The notes beneath the pieces were generated by a model, which worked only from the letters and a program-made list of their open reading frames with translations, had not been told where the DNA came from and made no database searches. This document shows positions 41,995 to 51,034 of a DNA stretch of 64,000 bases, one piece after another. The position numbers were made by a program, and so were the translations under genes. Origin of the DNA: Candidatus Fervidifonticultor quintus (GTDB lineage Bacteria; Sysuimicrobiota; Sysuimicrobiia; Sysuimicrobiales; Humicultoraceae); NCBI GenBank assembly GCA_031459535.1, contig JAVKIJ010000006.1, positions 1-64,000 on the forward strand, read 5' to 3'. Every line of letters starts with the position of its first letter. Within the stretch, counting starts at the first letter, position 1.

Positions 41995-43099
41995 GGCTCC
42001 GATCCCTCACTACGAGACCGGCCGGCGACAACCCCCTCTGGGCGTCGCGGTGGCCCTCGCCAGGTTGTACGGGATGTCCCTTTCGGAGCTCCTGGCGGGA
42101 GCCGAGGAGAGGGCCGAGGGCCCGACCGCCAGCGAGATCCTGTACCGCGCCGCACCTCAGGAGCTGGGCCAGCGTGGCAGGGCTGGCGTGCAGCAGTTCT
42201 CCCAGCTTGTCAACAGCTATGTCGAACTCCTGGAGGATCTGGGCGGCCGGCCACCCGGGCGGAGTGTGAGCCCGTTCCCCTCCGCGAAGCCCCGCCCGAC
42301 GCGGCGGGATGCTGCCCGCCTCGCCCAGCGGGTCAGGGAACTGCTCGGTCTCGGGGCAGGCCCGATCGACGATCTGTTCCGCCTGGTCGACGAACACGTG
42401 CTGGTCCTTCGCCTCCCCCTGGGAAGTGACCTGACCTCGGCACCTTCGGGGCTCTTCTACAACCATCCCAAGGCTGGGTTCTGCATCGTCGTCAACTCCG
42501 AGATGACCCTGGGCCGGCAGGTGTTCACCCTCGCCCACGAGCTGGCGCACGCCTTCTTTCACTCCCATGAGGTCGATGCCCTGATTTCGATGCCAGGCGC
42601 GTCGATGGAACGTGAACGATTCGCGGACCTGTTCGCCGGTGAACTCCTTGTCCCGGGCGATGCGCTGGCCCGCGTGATTGACGAGCTGGAGGCATGGGAA
42701 GACATTGCCGACCCCGTTGTCGTGGTCCACCTGCAGCGTCACTTCGGGGTGAGCTACGCGGCGCTACTGGTGCGGCTGAAGCAGGAAGGCTTTCTCACCC
42801 AGGAGCAGTACGAGGCTCTCGGCAGGATCTCTCCGAGCACCCTGGCCCGCCATCTCGGCTATCCGGTCAACCCGGCGGACCTCGGAGACTACGAACTGTC
42901 CCCCCTCGATCGATTCCCGGATCGTTTTCTCAGGCTCGTGCAGGCCGCCATCCGTCGCAAGGTGATTACGCCCGGCGATGCAGCGGAGACGCTGGGGGTG
43001 AGCGTCGAGGACATTCTGGCCCTGCTCGCGCGTCCGGGTGCGAGTCAATCAGAGCGGCGAGTGCTCAAGGATCTTGAGAGTGCCGCGCGCGCGGAGTAG
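41993..43099 (+). CDS. XRE-HTH (N-terminally truncated) + ImmA/IrrE Zn-metallopeptidase
   Basis: HYETGRRQP..LARLYG is a partial HTH; RQVFTLAHELAH (HExxH), ERFADLFAGELLVP and HFGVS follow. May be a pseudogene. Confidence 0.8.
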   Translation: MAPIPHYETGRRQPPLGVAVALARLYGMSLSELLAGAEERAEGPTASEILYRAAPQELGQRGRAGVQQFSQLVNSYVELLEDLGGRPPGRSVSPFPSAKPRPTRRDAARLAQRVRELLGLGAGPIDDLFRLVDEHVLVLRLPLGSDLTSAPSGLFYNHPKAGFCIVVNSEMTLGRQVFTLAHELAHAFFHSHEVDALISMPGASMERERFADLFAGELLVPGDALARVIDELEAWEDIADPVVVVHLQRHFGVSYAALLVRLKQEGFLTQEQYEALGRISPSTLARHLGYPVNPADLGDYELSPLDRFPDRFLRLVQAAIRRKVITPGDAAETLGVSVEDILALLARPGASQSERRVLKDLESAARAE

Positions 43100-43108
43100 T
43101 GCGCACCG

Positions 43109-43708
43109 TTGCTTGTGGACACATCCGTGGCGAGGAACTTCGCCATCGCCGGGTGGACCGATCACCTGGTGACGTTAGGTGAGGGCAGGATCCGGGTCGC
43201 GCAGGGAGTCCTCGGGGTGGCACCGGATGAGCCGGGCGAGCTGGACCGGGCGAAGGAGTTCTTCGAGCGGCAGACCCGGATGCATCCGGCTGGATTGCCA
43301 GAATACACCCACGCGTTCATGGCGGCGATGCAGCTCCACGAGTTGATCTCGCGGAGGTCCACAGATCTTGAGGTGGTGGTCCCCAGCCTCGAGGAACTGG
43401 ACCTGGCGATTCGGCTCCAGGCCCGAGAGGCGCGAGAGTGGCGCACGAGTCTTGGTATGAGGACGAGACGCCTCGACGCGGGCGAGGCGGTCTCTCTGGC
43501 CATCTGTGTGTCACGGAACGAAGCGTTTTGGTGCGACGACGAAGACGCACGCATCGCCTACGAGTCCCTGGGAGGCCGAGAGTGCCTGACGACGCTGGAC
43601 CTCGCGCGGCTCGGAGTGGAGAGGAGACTCCTCTCGCGGACCGAGGCCAGGGCGGAATACGAGAAGCTCCGACGCGTTTACCGCTTCTTCGGACCTCCCT
43701 GGCCGTAG
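43109..43708 (+). CDS. PIN-domain protein
   Basis: LVDTS..NF, E, LDAGEAVSLA and WCDDEDAR acidic tetrad. Confidence 0.75.
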   Translation: MLVDTSVARNFAIAGWTDHLVTLGEGRIRVAQGVLGVAPDEPGELDRAKEFFERQTRMHPAGLPEYTHAFMAAMQLHELISRRSTDLEVVVPSLEELDLAIRLQAREAREWRTSLGMRTRRLDAGEAVSLAICVSRNEAFWCDDEDARIAYESLGGRECLTTLDLARLGVERRLLSRTEARAEYEKLRRVYRFFGPPWP

Positions 43709-43778
43709 CGGTCTCACGCTCCCGCGGAAAGGGAAGGAAGAGGAAAATGAGTTACAGTGGCAAACTGAATTTCCGACC

Positions 43779-46226
43779 GTGCTCAAGTTCCCTCTTCTTG
43801 ACAAGGTGACGCAGGCCGGTGCATTCGCCGGCAAGAGCCTTCTGATCGCCGCGCCGACGGCCACGGGCAAGAGCAAGATCGGCATTGATCTGTTATTCTA
43901 CTACCTGGCGTCGAAGCCAACTGGTGCGGCGAATGTCTACCTTGTCCCGTACCGGGCGTTAGCCAGGGAGGTCTTTGCCGCAGTCCTCGAGCGCGGCCGT
44001 AGCGAGGCTCCCAGGGCCACAATCAAGGTAGCGACCGGAGACTACGCTGACCCCGAACTCGATCTCGGTCATACGGATATCCTGGTCGCGACGTACGAGA
44101 AGTGTGACTCGCTCCTACGGGAGGAACCCGACTTCCAGCCCAACGTTATCGTCGCCGATGAAATTCACCACCTGGGCGATGCCGCCCGTGGCGCGCGCAT
44201 CGAGGGATTGCTCACCCGTCTGACTACCGGGGGCAGGACCCCGCTGCTCTTTCTGCTCTCGGCGACGGTCGGGAATGCGGAGGAGCTTGCTCGCTGGCTA
44301 GGGATCAAGCCGGTGATCGGAGATGAGACAGATCGCGTTGTCGCACTGTTGTTCAAACCACGGTTTACGGATGATAAGGCAAGTGTCGTCGAACGTGAAG
44401 TCATACGGACGTTGAGGGCAGGTGGGCAAGTTCTCGTCTTCTGCGGCACGCGAAAGCGAGCCGAGCACCAGGCTACCGAGTTGGCCGGCGCGGTGGGAAA
44501 GACGCTCTCAGCAGTCGAGCACCAGCGGCTTTCAACTCTCGCAGGCCGTGTCAGGGAAAGTCCGGGGGCGACCGAGCAGATGGTGCGCCTTACCGCTCAG
44601 GGTGTTGCATACCACCATGCTGGCTTGGACAGCGACCTCCGAGCCCTCATCGAGCAAAGCTTCAGAGAGCGGGACCTGAGGGTCATCGCCTGCACGCCGA
44701 CGCTGGCGGGTGGCGTGAACCTACCGGCCCGCCTCGTCATCGTCCGGGACGCCTACCGGATGACGTTCTTTCGAGGACGGGTGAAGAAGTCGTTTCTAAA
44801 GGCCGGGGAGGTTCTCCAGATGCTGGGGCGCGCCGGGCGCCCGGGACTGGATACCGAAGGGAGGGGGCTGGTTCTCTTCGACGTACAGGACGAGTCGCGG
44901 CCCGAGGTGCAGGCGCTCTGGCAGGCGATCGAGGCAAAGCAGGCCGAGCATGTGGAGAGCCAGATCGAAAAGCGGTTCAACTACCTGATGGAGTTTCTTC
45001 TCGGCGGGGTGAACCTGCACGGGCCGTGCGAGATCGAGGTGCTCGCAAGCCTTGTCAAACGCACGTTCTGGTACTTTCAGAAGAGGCCGCGGATGGGTGA
45101 TGAAGACGCCCAGGCGATCCAGGCGATCATTGACGGGTGGGAAGCAACGGATCGCATCACCGGTGCCTTCCGCCTCGAGGAGCTGGTCGCGACGGCCTCG
45201 GGGATCTCCGCCAAAGTGCAAAATGTGAACAGCACGTACGCAGTCAAGGTATCCCTCGCCCACTTCAGTTGCGAGTGTCCGGCCTTCCGCTTCACCCCAG
45301 GACGACTTGAGCCCTGCAAGCACATCGCGTATCTCTTCCACGAGCTACTCCTCGGCCGACGGTCGGACGACCCCGAACTGAGGAATGTCGCAGTTCAGCT
45401 GTTTCTCGATCTGTTTGGCGAGAAGGTTGGAGTGCTCGCGAAGCTAAGGGAGGCCCTGCGGATCCTCAAGCGGTGGCAGTTCATCAGCGAGCGGCAGGAA
45501 AGGTTCTCGATCACGAAGCCTGGGCGCGTAGCATTGGCGTCTTACCTGGACCTCTCACTCACCCACGAAATCTCGCTGCGCGTGCTGCATGACCGCGGGC
45601 ATGCTGCTGAGTCACGTCTCCTCAAGTGGGCGACACAGGATGCGCTTGGACCCGAGGAGACCTCAGAGGACTGGATCGAGATCTTGGACCGGTGGATGAG
45701 TGAGGTGCCGCGGGAGGAGATCGAGCGGGAAGTCGGCTATTTCCCGGATTTCCTGGCGATGCGAGATCAGGTGACGTGGGTTCTCCTGACCTACTATCGG
45801 TTCGCTGGCCTATACGAGAAGGCGGGGATGCTGAATCGTGTGAAGACATTGATGCGGCGGCTCCAGTACGGGGTGAAGGAAGACCTCCTCCCGCTGGCGG
45901 TTTTGGATCTGCCCGATATCGGGAGGGGACGGCTGAGGCACCTGGCCCGGAAGGGTATCGGGAGTCTGTGGGACCTGGCGCAGGCGGTGCCGGAGCGAAT
46001 CACCGCGCGGAGCATCTTGCCTCGGGCTATCGCCGAACGGTCCGTAGGGCTGGCGCGGGAGCGGGCCGGTGCCGTCGAGGCCCTTGTGCGCGGATTCCCC
46101 ACCCGGGAGCTCCGCGATCGGGAACGAGAGGTCGCCCGTGAGATCGGCCGTGTGATCTTCGTCTCAGCCGAGAACGTTCGGGACCTTCTCTATCCGGAGA
46201 TTGTAAGACGGTATGGCCGCGGATAA
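43779..46226 (+). CDS. Ski2/Hel308-like DExH helicase with inserted SWIM zinc finger
   Basis: APTATGKS, DEIH, LSAT, AYHHAGL, TPTLAGGVNLPAR and QMLGRAGRPG; CECP..CKH; RLQYGVKEDLLPL..IGRGR HhH. Confidence 0.88.
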   Translation: MLKFPLLDKVTQAGAFAGKSLLIAAPTATGKSKIGIDLLFYYLASKPTGAANVYLVPYRALAREVFAAVLERGRSEAPRATIKVATGDYADPELDLGHTDILVATYEKCDSLLREEPDFQPNVIVADEIHHLGDAARGARIEGLLTRLTTGGRTPLLFLLSATVGNAEELARWLGIKPVIGDETDRVVALLFKPRFTDDKASVVEREVIRTLRAGGQVLVFCGTRKRAEHQATELAGAVGKTLSAVEHQRLSTLAGRVRESPGATEQMVRLTAQGVAYHHAGLDSDLRALIEQSFRERDLRVIACTPTLAGGVNLPARLVIVRDAYRMTFFRGRVKKSFLKAGEVLQMLGRAGRPGLDTEGRGLVLFDVQDESRPEVQALWQAIEAKQAEHVESQIEKRFNYLMEFLLGGVNLHGPCEIEVLASLVKRTFWYFQKRPRMGDEDAQAIQAIIDGWEATDRITGAFRLEELVATASGISAKVQNVNSTYAVKVSLAHFSCECPAFRFTPGRLEPCKHIAYLFHELLLGRRSDDPELRNVAVQLFLDLFGEKVGVLAKLREALRILKRWQFISERQERFSITKPGRVALASYLDLSLTHEISLRVLHDRGHAAESRLLKWATQDALGPEETSEDWIEILDRWMSEVPREEIEREVGYFPDFLAMRDQVTWVLLTYYRFAGLYEKAGMLNRVKTLMRRLQYGVKEDLLPLAVLDLPDIGRGRLRHLARKGIGSLWDLAQAVPERITARSILPRAIAERSVGLARERAGAVEALVRGFPTRELRDREREVAREIGRVIFVSAENVRDLLYPEIVRRYGRG

Positions 46227-46235
46227 GACGTCAGC

Positions 46236-49200
46236 ATGACGGTCCATCTCTCTGCGAGGCTGGCATGGCATGATCGGGCGTGGGACGGCCATGTGTGCGA
46301 TGCGCCGAGCCGGAACTCGTCGTGCATCGTCCACCAGGTCATACGGGAGTTCCGTGACGACGCCAGAGAGGATGCGGCGGCCGGGCGCCCGCTGGCGGAG
46401 CTTCATGGCTGGTTGCCTCCGTGCTCACGAGACACAGCAGCATTCGCACCCGTCGGATATAGGGTGACCCATCGTGATCCGCTGGAGCGTGGGGATCTCC
46501 TTCCCGTCGACGAAACGATTCCACCCTACTCTTTCAACCCGGCTCCGTACCGGTGGATGCGCGAGGAGCACTTCCGCGACGTTTGCGAAGCAGAGGGTTT
46601 GAATATCCCGGGCCCGACGAACCCGCGGAAAGAGCGGGGTTGGGTCTCCGAGCCAGACCGGCAGGCCGCGCTTCTTCAGCATTTCTGGGGGAAGCTGGAG
46701 AAGGGGCGCTCCCTCGTGTTCTTCTATGTGAACCAGGGCAACCCGCTCGACGAGACAGCCAGCCGAATCCTGGTCGGCGCCGGTCGGATCGCCGACATGG
46801 GACCACAGCTCTACTTCAGTTCGAGGAGCGGGGCATCAGCTCGATACCCGGTCTGGTCGCGGCGCATCACGCACGCCTGGCCTGAGGAGGGCGTACTCCT
46901 GCCCTATCAGGCGTACTTGAGAAACGGATGGAGCGTATCTGAGATCGTGTGTCGAGTCCCGCCCGGATCCCTCAGCGCCTTTAAGTACGTCGGCGAGCAC
47001 GTGACCGACGACGTCGCCGTGGGCTGTCTTGAGCGGTTGATCCAATCGGTGGAAGCCGTGAAGAAGGCCGGTAAGGTCCCTGGCGACTGGGACCACGCCC
47101 TGGCGTGGCTCAGTCGGGTCCTGGAAGAGGTGTGGAGCGAACGCGGCCCATATCCCGGCCTGGGTCCACTTCTCCACTTCCTCGGCTTTGACCAGGGTAT
47201 GGCATGGATGCGCACCACGCTCGCGCCTCGGATGATGAAGGGCGAAGACGTTTGGCCCGAGGTGAAGACGATACTGGACAGCAAGACAGGGGCGTCGGCA
47301 GCTGCCCCGCCGGGCCTGCGGACCGCTTCGACGAAATGGAAGAAGTTTTCGGCTGCGACCCGCAAGCTACTCGAGACCCTAATTCTGTTTGAGCTCAGCT
47401 CCGATCAGATCGAACGGCTTGCCGATCCCGCCCGACGCAAGGCCAGTGGGGTCATGGCCGATGAGGACGCCATCCGGGACAATCCGTATCTTCTGGCCGA
47501 GCAGGACTGGGGGACACCCAAGTCCGAGACGGTCAGCGTCGACGAAATTGACAGAGGACTCCTCCCCGATGGGGTTGCCCGTACCATCCTGCGGGCGCGG
47601 GGGTACGAACTACCGGCGAACGATGACCCGCGGCGGGTGCGCGCGGTTGCCCTGCAAGTACTGCGAGACGCCGCAGCCGAAGGACACACCCTTCTTTCCC
47701 TCGGTGATCTCCTCACCCGCGTAGAACGCTACTTCCCGGAGCATCGTGTCTGTCGGGTGAACGCAGACCTGTTCAAAGCCGATGCTGACTTCCACCGTGA
47801 GGCACTCGCCCTCCACGTCGATACGACGCCGCCCGTCGTGGCGTTGCCTGAGCTGGAACGATGTGAACGAGAGCTGGCTGAGATCATACGACGGCGGATG
47901 ACGCGGAGCAATCCCCCCTGCCCGCCGGGTTGGTCGTGGGAGCGGCTGCTCGCAGAACGGTTCGACAAAGACGACCAGAAGGCATCCCCCGGTGACGACG
48001 CCGAGCGTCGGGCGCGGGCGGAGAAGGTGCGCGCCCTAGAGATACTCTATGAGAGCAGGTTCAGCGTGCTGGCAGGGCGAGCCGGAACAGGCAAGACCTC
48101 GGTCCTATCGGTGTTTTTAGACGGCCTGGAACAACTCCATGGCAAGCGTGATGTCCTCCTCCTGGCTCCCACCGGCAAGGCCCGTGTCCGCCTTTCGACG
48201 CTGACGAGACGGACCGCGAGCACGATTCACCAATTCCTACTCCGGCAGCGCTGGTTCGATCCGGAATTGTTCCACCTGAAGCAGGAGGGGGGCGAGCAGG
48301 CGGCGGCCCCGACGGTGATCATTGATGAAGCTTCGATGATCCCTATGGACCTGCTGGGTGTCCTCTTCCGTGCGCTGGATCTGAACAAGGTGGAAAGGCT
48401 GGTGTTAGTGGGAGATCCCAACCAGCTGCCGCCCATTGGTCCCGGACGGCCGTTCGTCGACATCATCGCGTGGCTGGAGTCCGACCCTGAGCGCTCGCGG
48501 AGGCTCGCCCGCCTCACTGAACGCGTACGACAGAAAGCCCGCCAGGAAGATAGCCTCGCGCTGCGACTTTCCGACGGCTACCTCAGAGGGCCACCGAACC
48601 CTGGTGACGATGAGATCCTCAGTCTGGTCGCGCGCGGGCAGGCCGGCGGCGACCTGGAGGTGCACTTCTGGCAGGACATGTCTGAATTGCGCACCCTCCT
48701 CTCGGACCGGCTCGAGGCGCTCCTGGGACTCCCGCAGGACGCTACCGATGACAAGGCCCTCAACCGGTCGCTCGGAGGCGACGCGAAGGAATGGCAGCGC
48801 GCTGAAAGCTGGCAGATTCTGTCTCCAACCCGTCAGCAACCCTACGGTACGGACGCCCTGAACCGAGAGATCCAGGCCAAGTACAAGGCCAACCGCTTAC
48901 GGTGGGCACGAGAGTGGGGAGGCCGTTGGTACAATGGCCGACGACAGTGTCGGCCGTTCGGCGAGCAGGAGATTGTCTGGCTCGACAAGGTGATCCAGAT
49001 TGTGAACCGTGCCAGAAAGGCCTGGCCGAGACGCGGGGGCTCGACTACGTTGCAAACGGGGAAGTTGGGCTGGTTGCCAAGACACAGGCGAGTGAAAACG
49101 GTGATTCGCTCGACGTGGCGTTCTCCACGCAACCGGCGGTGACGTACCGATACTATGCCAACGAAGTCGATGACAATCTGGAGCTGGCCTACGCGCTGAC

Positions 49201-49825
49201 AGTCCACAAGGCGCAGGGGAGCGAGTTCGATGTTGTTTTCCTCGTCATTCCCAAGAGTGCCGCCACGCTATCCCGGGAGCTCTTGTATACAGGCCTCACG
49301 CGGTTCCGCCAGAAACTCGTTCTCCTGATCGAAGGCCGCGACACCCGTGTGCTGGAGGCGCTTCGGAATGCGAGAGCCTCTGACACGGTTCTTCGGAACA
49401 CTCACCTCTTTGAGTTGGCCCTTCGCGACGAGACGAGCGACATACCGTACGTACACCACCTGATTCACCGAACACGGAGGGGCGTTCTCGTCAGGTCCAA
49501 GTCAGAGGTCATCGTCGCCGACGTTCTTACTTCCCTCGGCATCAGCTATGACTACGAGCGACCGCTTGCCTCTCCCACAAACCCCCGGGACTTCCGCCTG
49601 CCGGACTTCACCGTGAGCTACGAGGGGGACACTTGGTACTGGGAGCACCTGGGAATGCTCGCGGTGCCGTCCTATCGCGCAGCGTGGGAACGGAAGAAGC
49701 AGTGGTATCAAGAGAACAACTTCTGGGATCGTGTCATCGTTTCGGAGGATGGGGAAGATGGCAGCATTGACGCGGCCGCGATCGAGGCCGTTGCACGGGA
49801 ACGGATTCTCGGTGCAAGTTCCTGA
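46236..49825 (+). pseudogene. RecD-like SF1B helicase with C-terminal PD-(D/E)xK nuclease; one frameshift near 49035
   Basis: ORF 46236-49142 has GRAGTGKT, IDEASM and GDPNQLPPIG. ORF 48902-49825 continues with YALTVHKAQGSEF, LYTGLTR and RSKSE..LPDF..WEHLG. Confidence 0.85.
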
Positions 49826-49977
49826 GTAGCGTCCGTAGGTTGGTGTCATGCCGTGCAGCAAACGGTTTCCTCCGAAGACTTGGCATTCCACCAATGCGTC
49901 TGGAAGCAATTCCAGGGCGTGAGGGCTGCAGATGTTTCGCGTGAGATATTTCGAAACTCGGGTGGCGGGCTAGCTGC

Positions 49978-50106
49978 ATGCTGGCCTCCGCCCCCGCCGC
50001 CGTTCGTCACATCGTCGAGGAATATGAGCGCTTGCTCCGGACCTCTTTCCGGTTCCTCGACCCCCACCTGCGCGATCAGTTCGAGGCCCACCTTCAGCAG
50101 ATGGAT
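49978..50106 (+). pseudogene. 5' fragment of a second allele of the YprA/DUF1998 helicase
   Basis: 36 of 41 residues identical to the N-terminus of 51035-56173. Confidence 0.88.
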
Positions 50107-50332
50107 TGGGGCTTCCTGGCTCAACCTGGTGGAACGGTGGTTCGCCGCCCTCACCGAAAAGCAGCTCCGACGGGGTGTGCACTCGAGCACGCGGGAACTC
50201 GAAGAGGCGATCAAGCGATACCTGGCCATCTCCAACGAACACCCCAGACCCTTCGTGTGGACGAAAACGGCAGACCAGATCTTGACGACCGTGGCAAGGT
50301 TTTATCAACGAATCTCTAACTCAGGACACTAG
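50107..50332 (+). mobile_element. IS630-family transposase 3' remnant with right end
   Basis: ASWLNLVERWF..LRRG..S..EL..N..PRPFVWTKTADQIL..SGH*, ending in CACTAG. Confidence 0.85.
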
Positions 50333-50360
50333 GCCGAGCTGAAAGAGAAGTCCGGGAGAG

Positions 50361-50395
50361 TTGACGAATCGCTCGGTATGAAGTATGGTCATACC
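50361..50395 (+). promoter_or_regulatory. TA promoter with overlapping inverted-repeat operator
   Basis: TTGACG-17-TATGGT; GGTATGA-7-TCATACC. Confidence 0.7.
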
Positions 50396-50411
50396 AGGCG
50401 AGGTGAGGGCA

Positions 50412-50654
50412 ATGGCCCGGTCCAAGGTGGCGATCTCGCTCGATAGGGGCACGCTCAAGCGGCTTGACCGTCTTGTCCGGCAGGCGGTCTTTCCGAACCG
50501 CAGCCAGGCGATCCAGGCCGCGGTGGAAGAGAAGCTGGCGCGGCTGGAGCGACGCCGGCTGGCGCAGGAGTGTGCCAAGCTCGACCCCGCGTTCGAGAAG
50601 GCCCTGGCAGAAGAAGGGATGTCCGAGGTCCTGGCCTCGTGGCCCGAATATTGA
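50412..50654 (+). CDS. CopG/ribbon-helix-helix antitoxin
   Basis: KVAISLD..LDRLV..NRSQAI RHH pattern; overlaps the toxin gene. Confidence 0.88.
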   Translation: MARSKVAISLDRGTLKRLDRLVRQAVFPNRSQAIQAAVEEKLARLERRRLAQECAKLDPAFEKALAEEGMSEVLASWPEY

Positions 50655-50977
50655 GAGGAGAGATCCGGTGGGCCGACCTGAGCCCTGTCCGTGGGCGGGA
50701 GCAGGCCGGGCGACGTCCCGTCCTCATCCTGAGCCACGACGTCTTCAACGAACGCTCGGGCACGGTGATCGCCGTCGCCATTACGAGCCAGCCCCAACGG
50801 GCTGGCTTTCCGCTGACCCTGGAGTTAAAGGCGAAGGGGTTGCCGAAGCAGTCCTGGGCGAAGATCAGCCAGATCCGGACGCTGTCCGTCGAGAGGCTCG
50901 GTGGGCGGATCGGCGAAGCGTCGCCGGAGGAGATCACCCAGATCATCGAAGGCCTCAACGAGATCATCGGGGATTGA
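50639..50977 (+). CDS. mazF: PemK/MazF endoribonuclease toxin
   Basis: [40 protein letters not shown] 50639. Confidence 0.9.
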   Translation: MARILRGEIRWADLSPVRGREQAGRRPVLILSHDVFNERSGTVIAVAITSQPQRAGFPLTLELKAKGLPKQSWAKISQIRTLSVERLGGRIGEASPEEITQIIEGLNEIIGD

Positions 50978-51034
50978 CCGTGGCGACGTGTCTCGATATA
51001 GGCCCTGCCGACTCCGCGTAGTCCGGGGAGAGAC

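Noticed and set aside
43747-43809. ATG with a strong RBS upstream of the Ski2 helicase, suggesting a 5' frameshift
   Set aside because: It is out of frame, and the GTG 43779 product already reaches motif I plausibly. Cannot be decided without homolog alignment.
49853-50332. 159-aa and 113-aa ORFs as real genes
   Set aside because: Chimeric read-throughs of the YprA fragment and the IS630 remnant.
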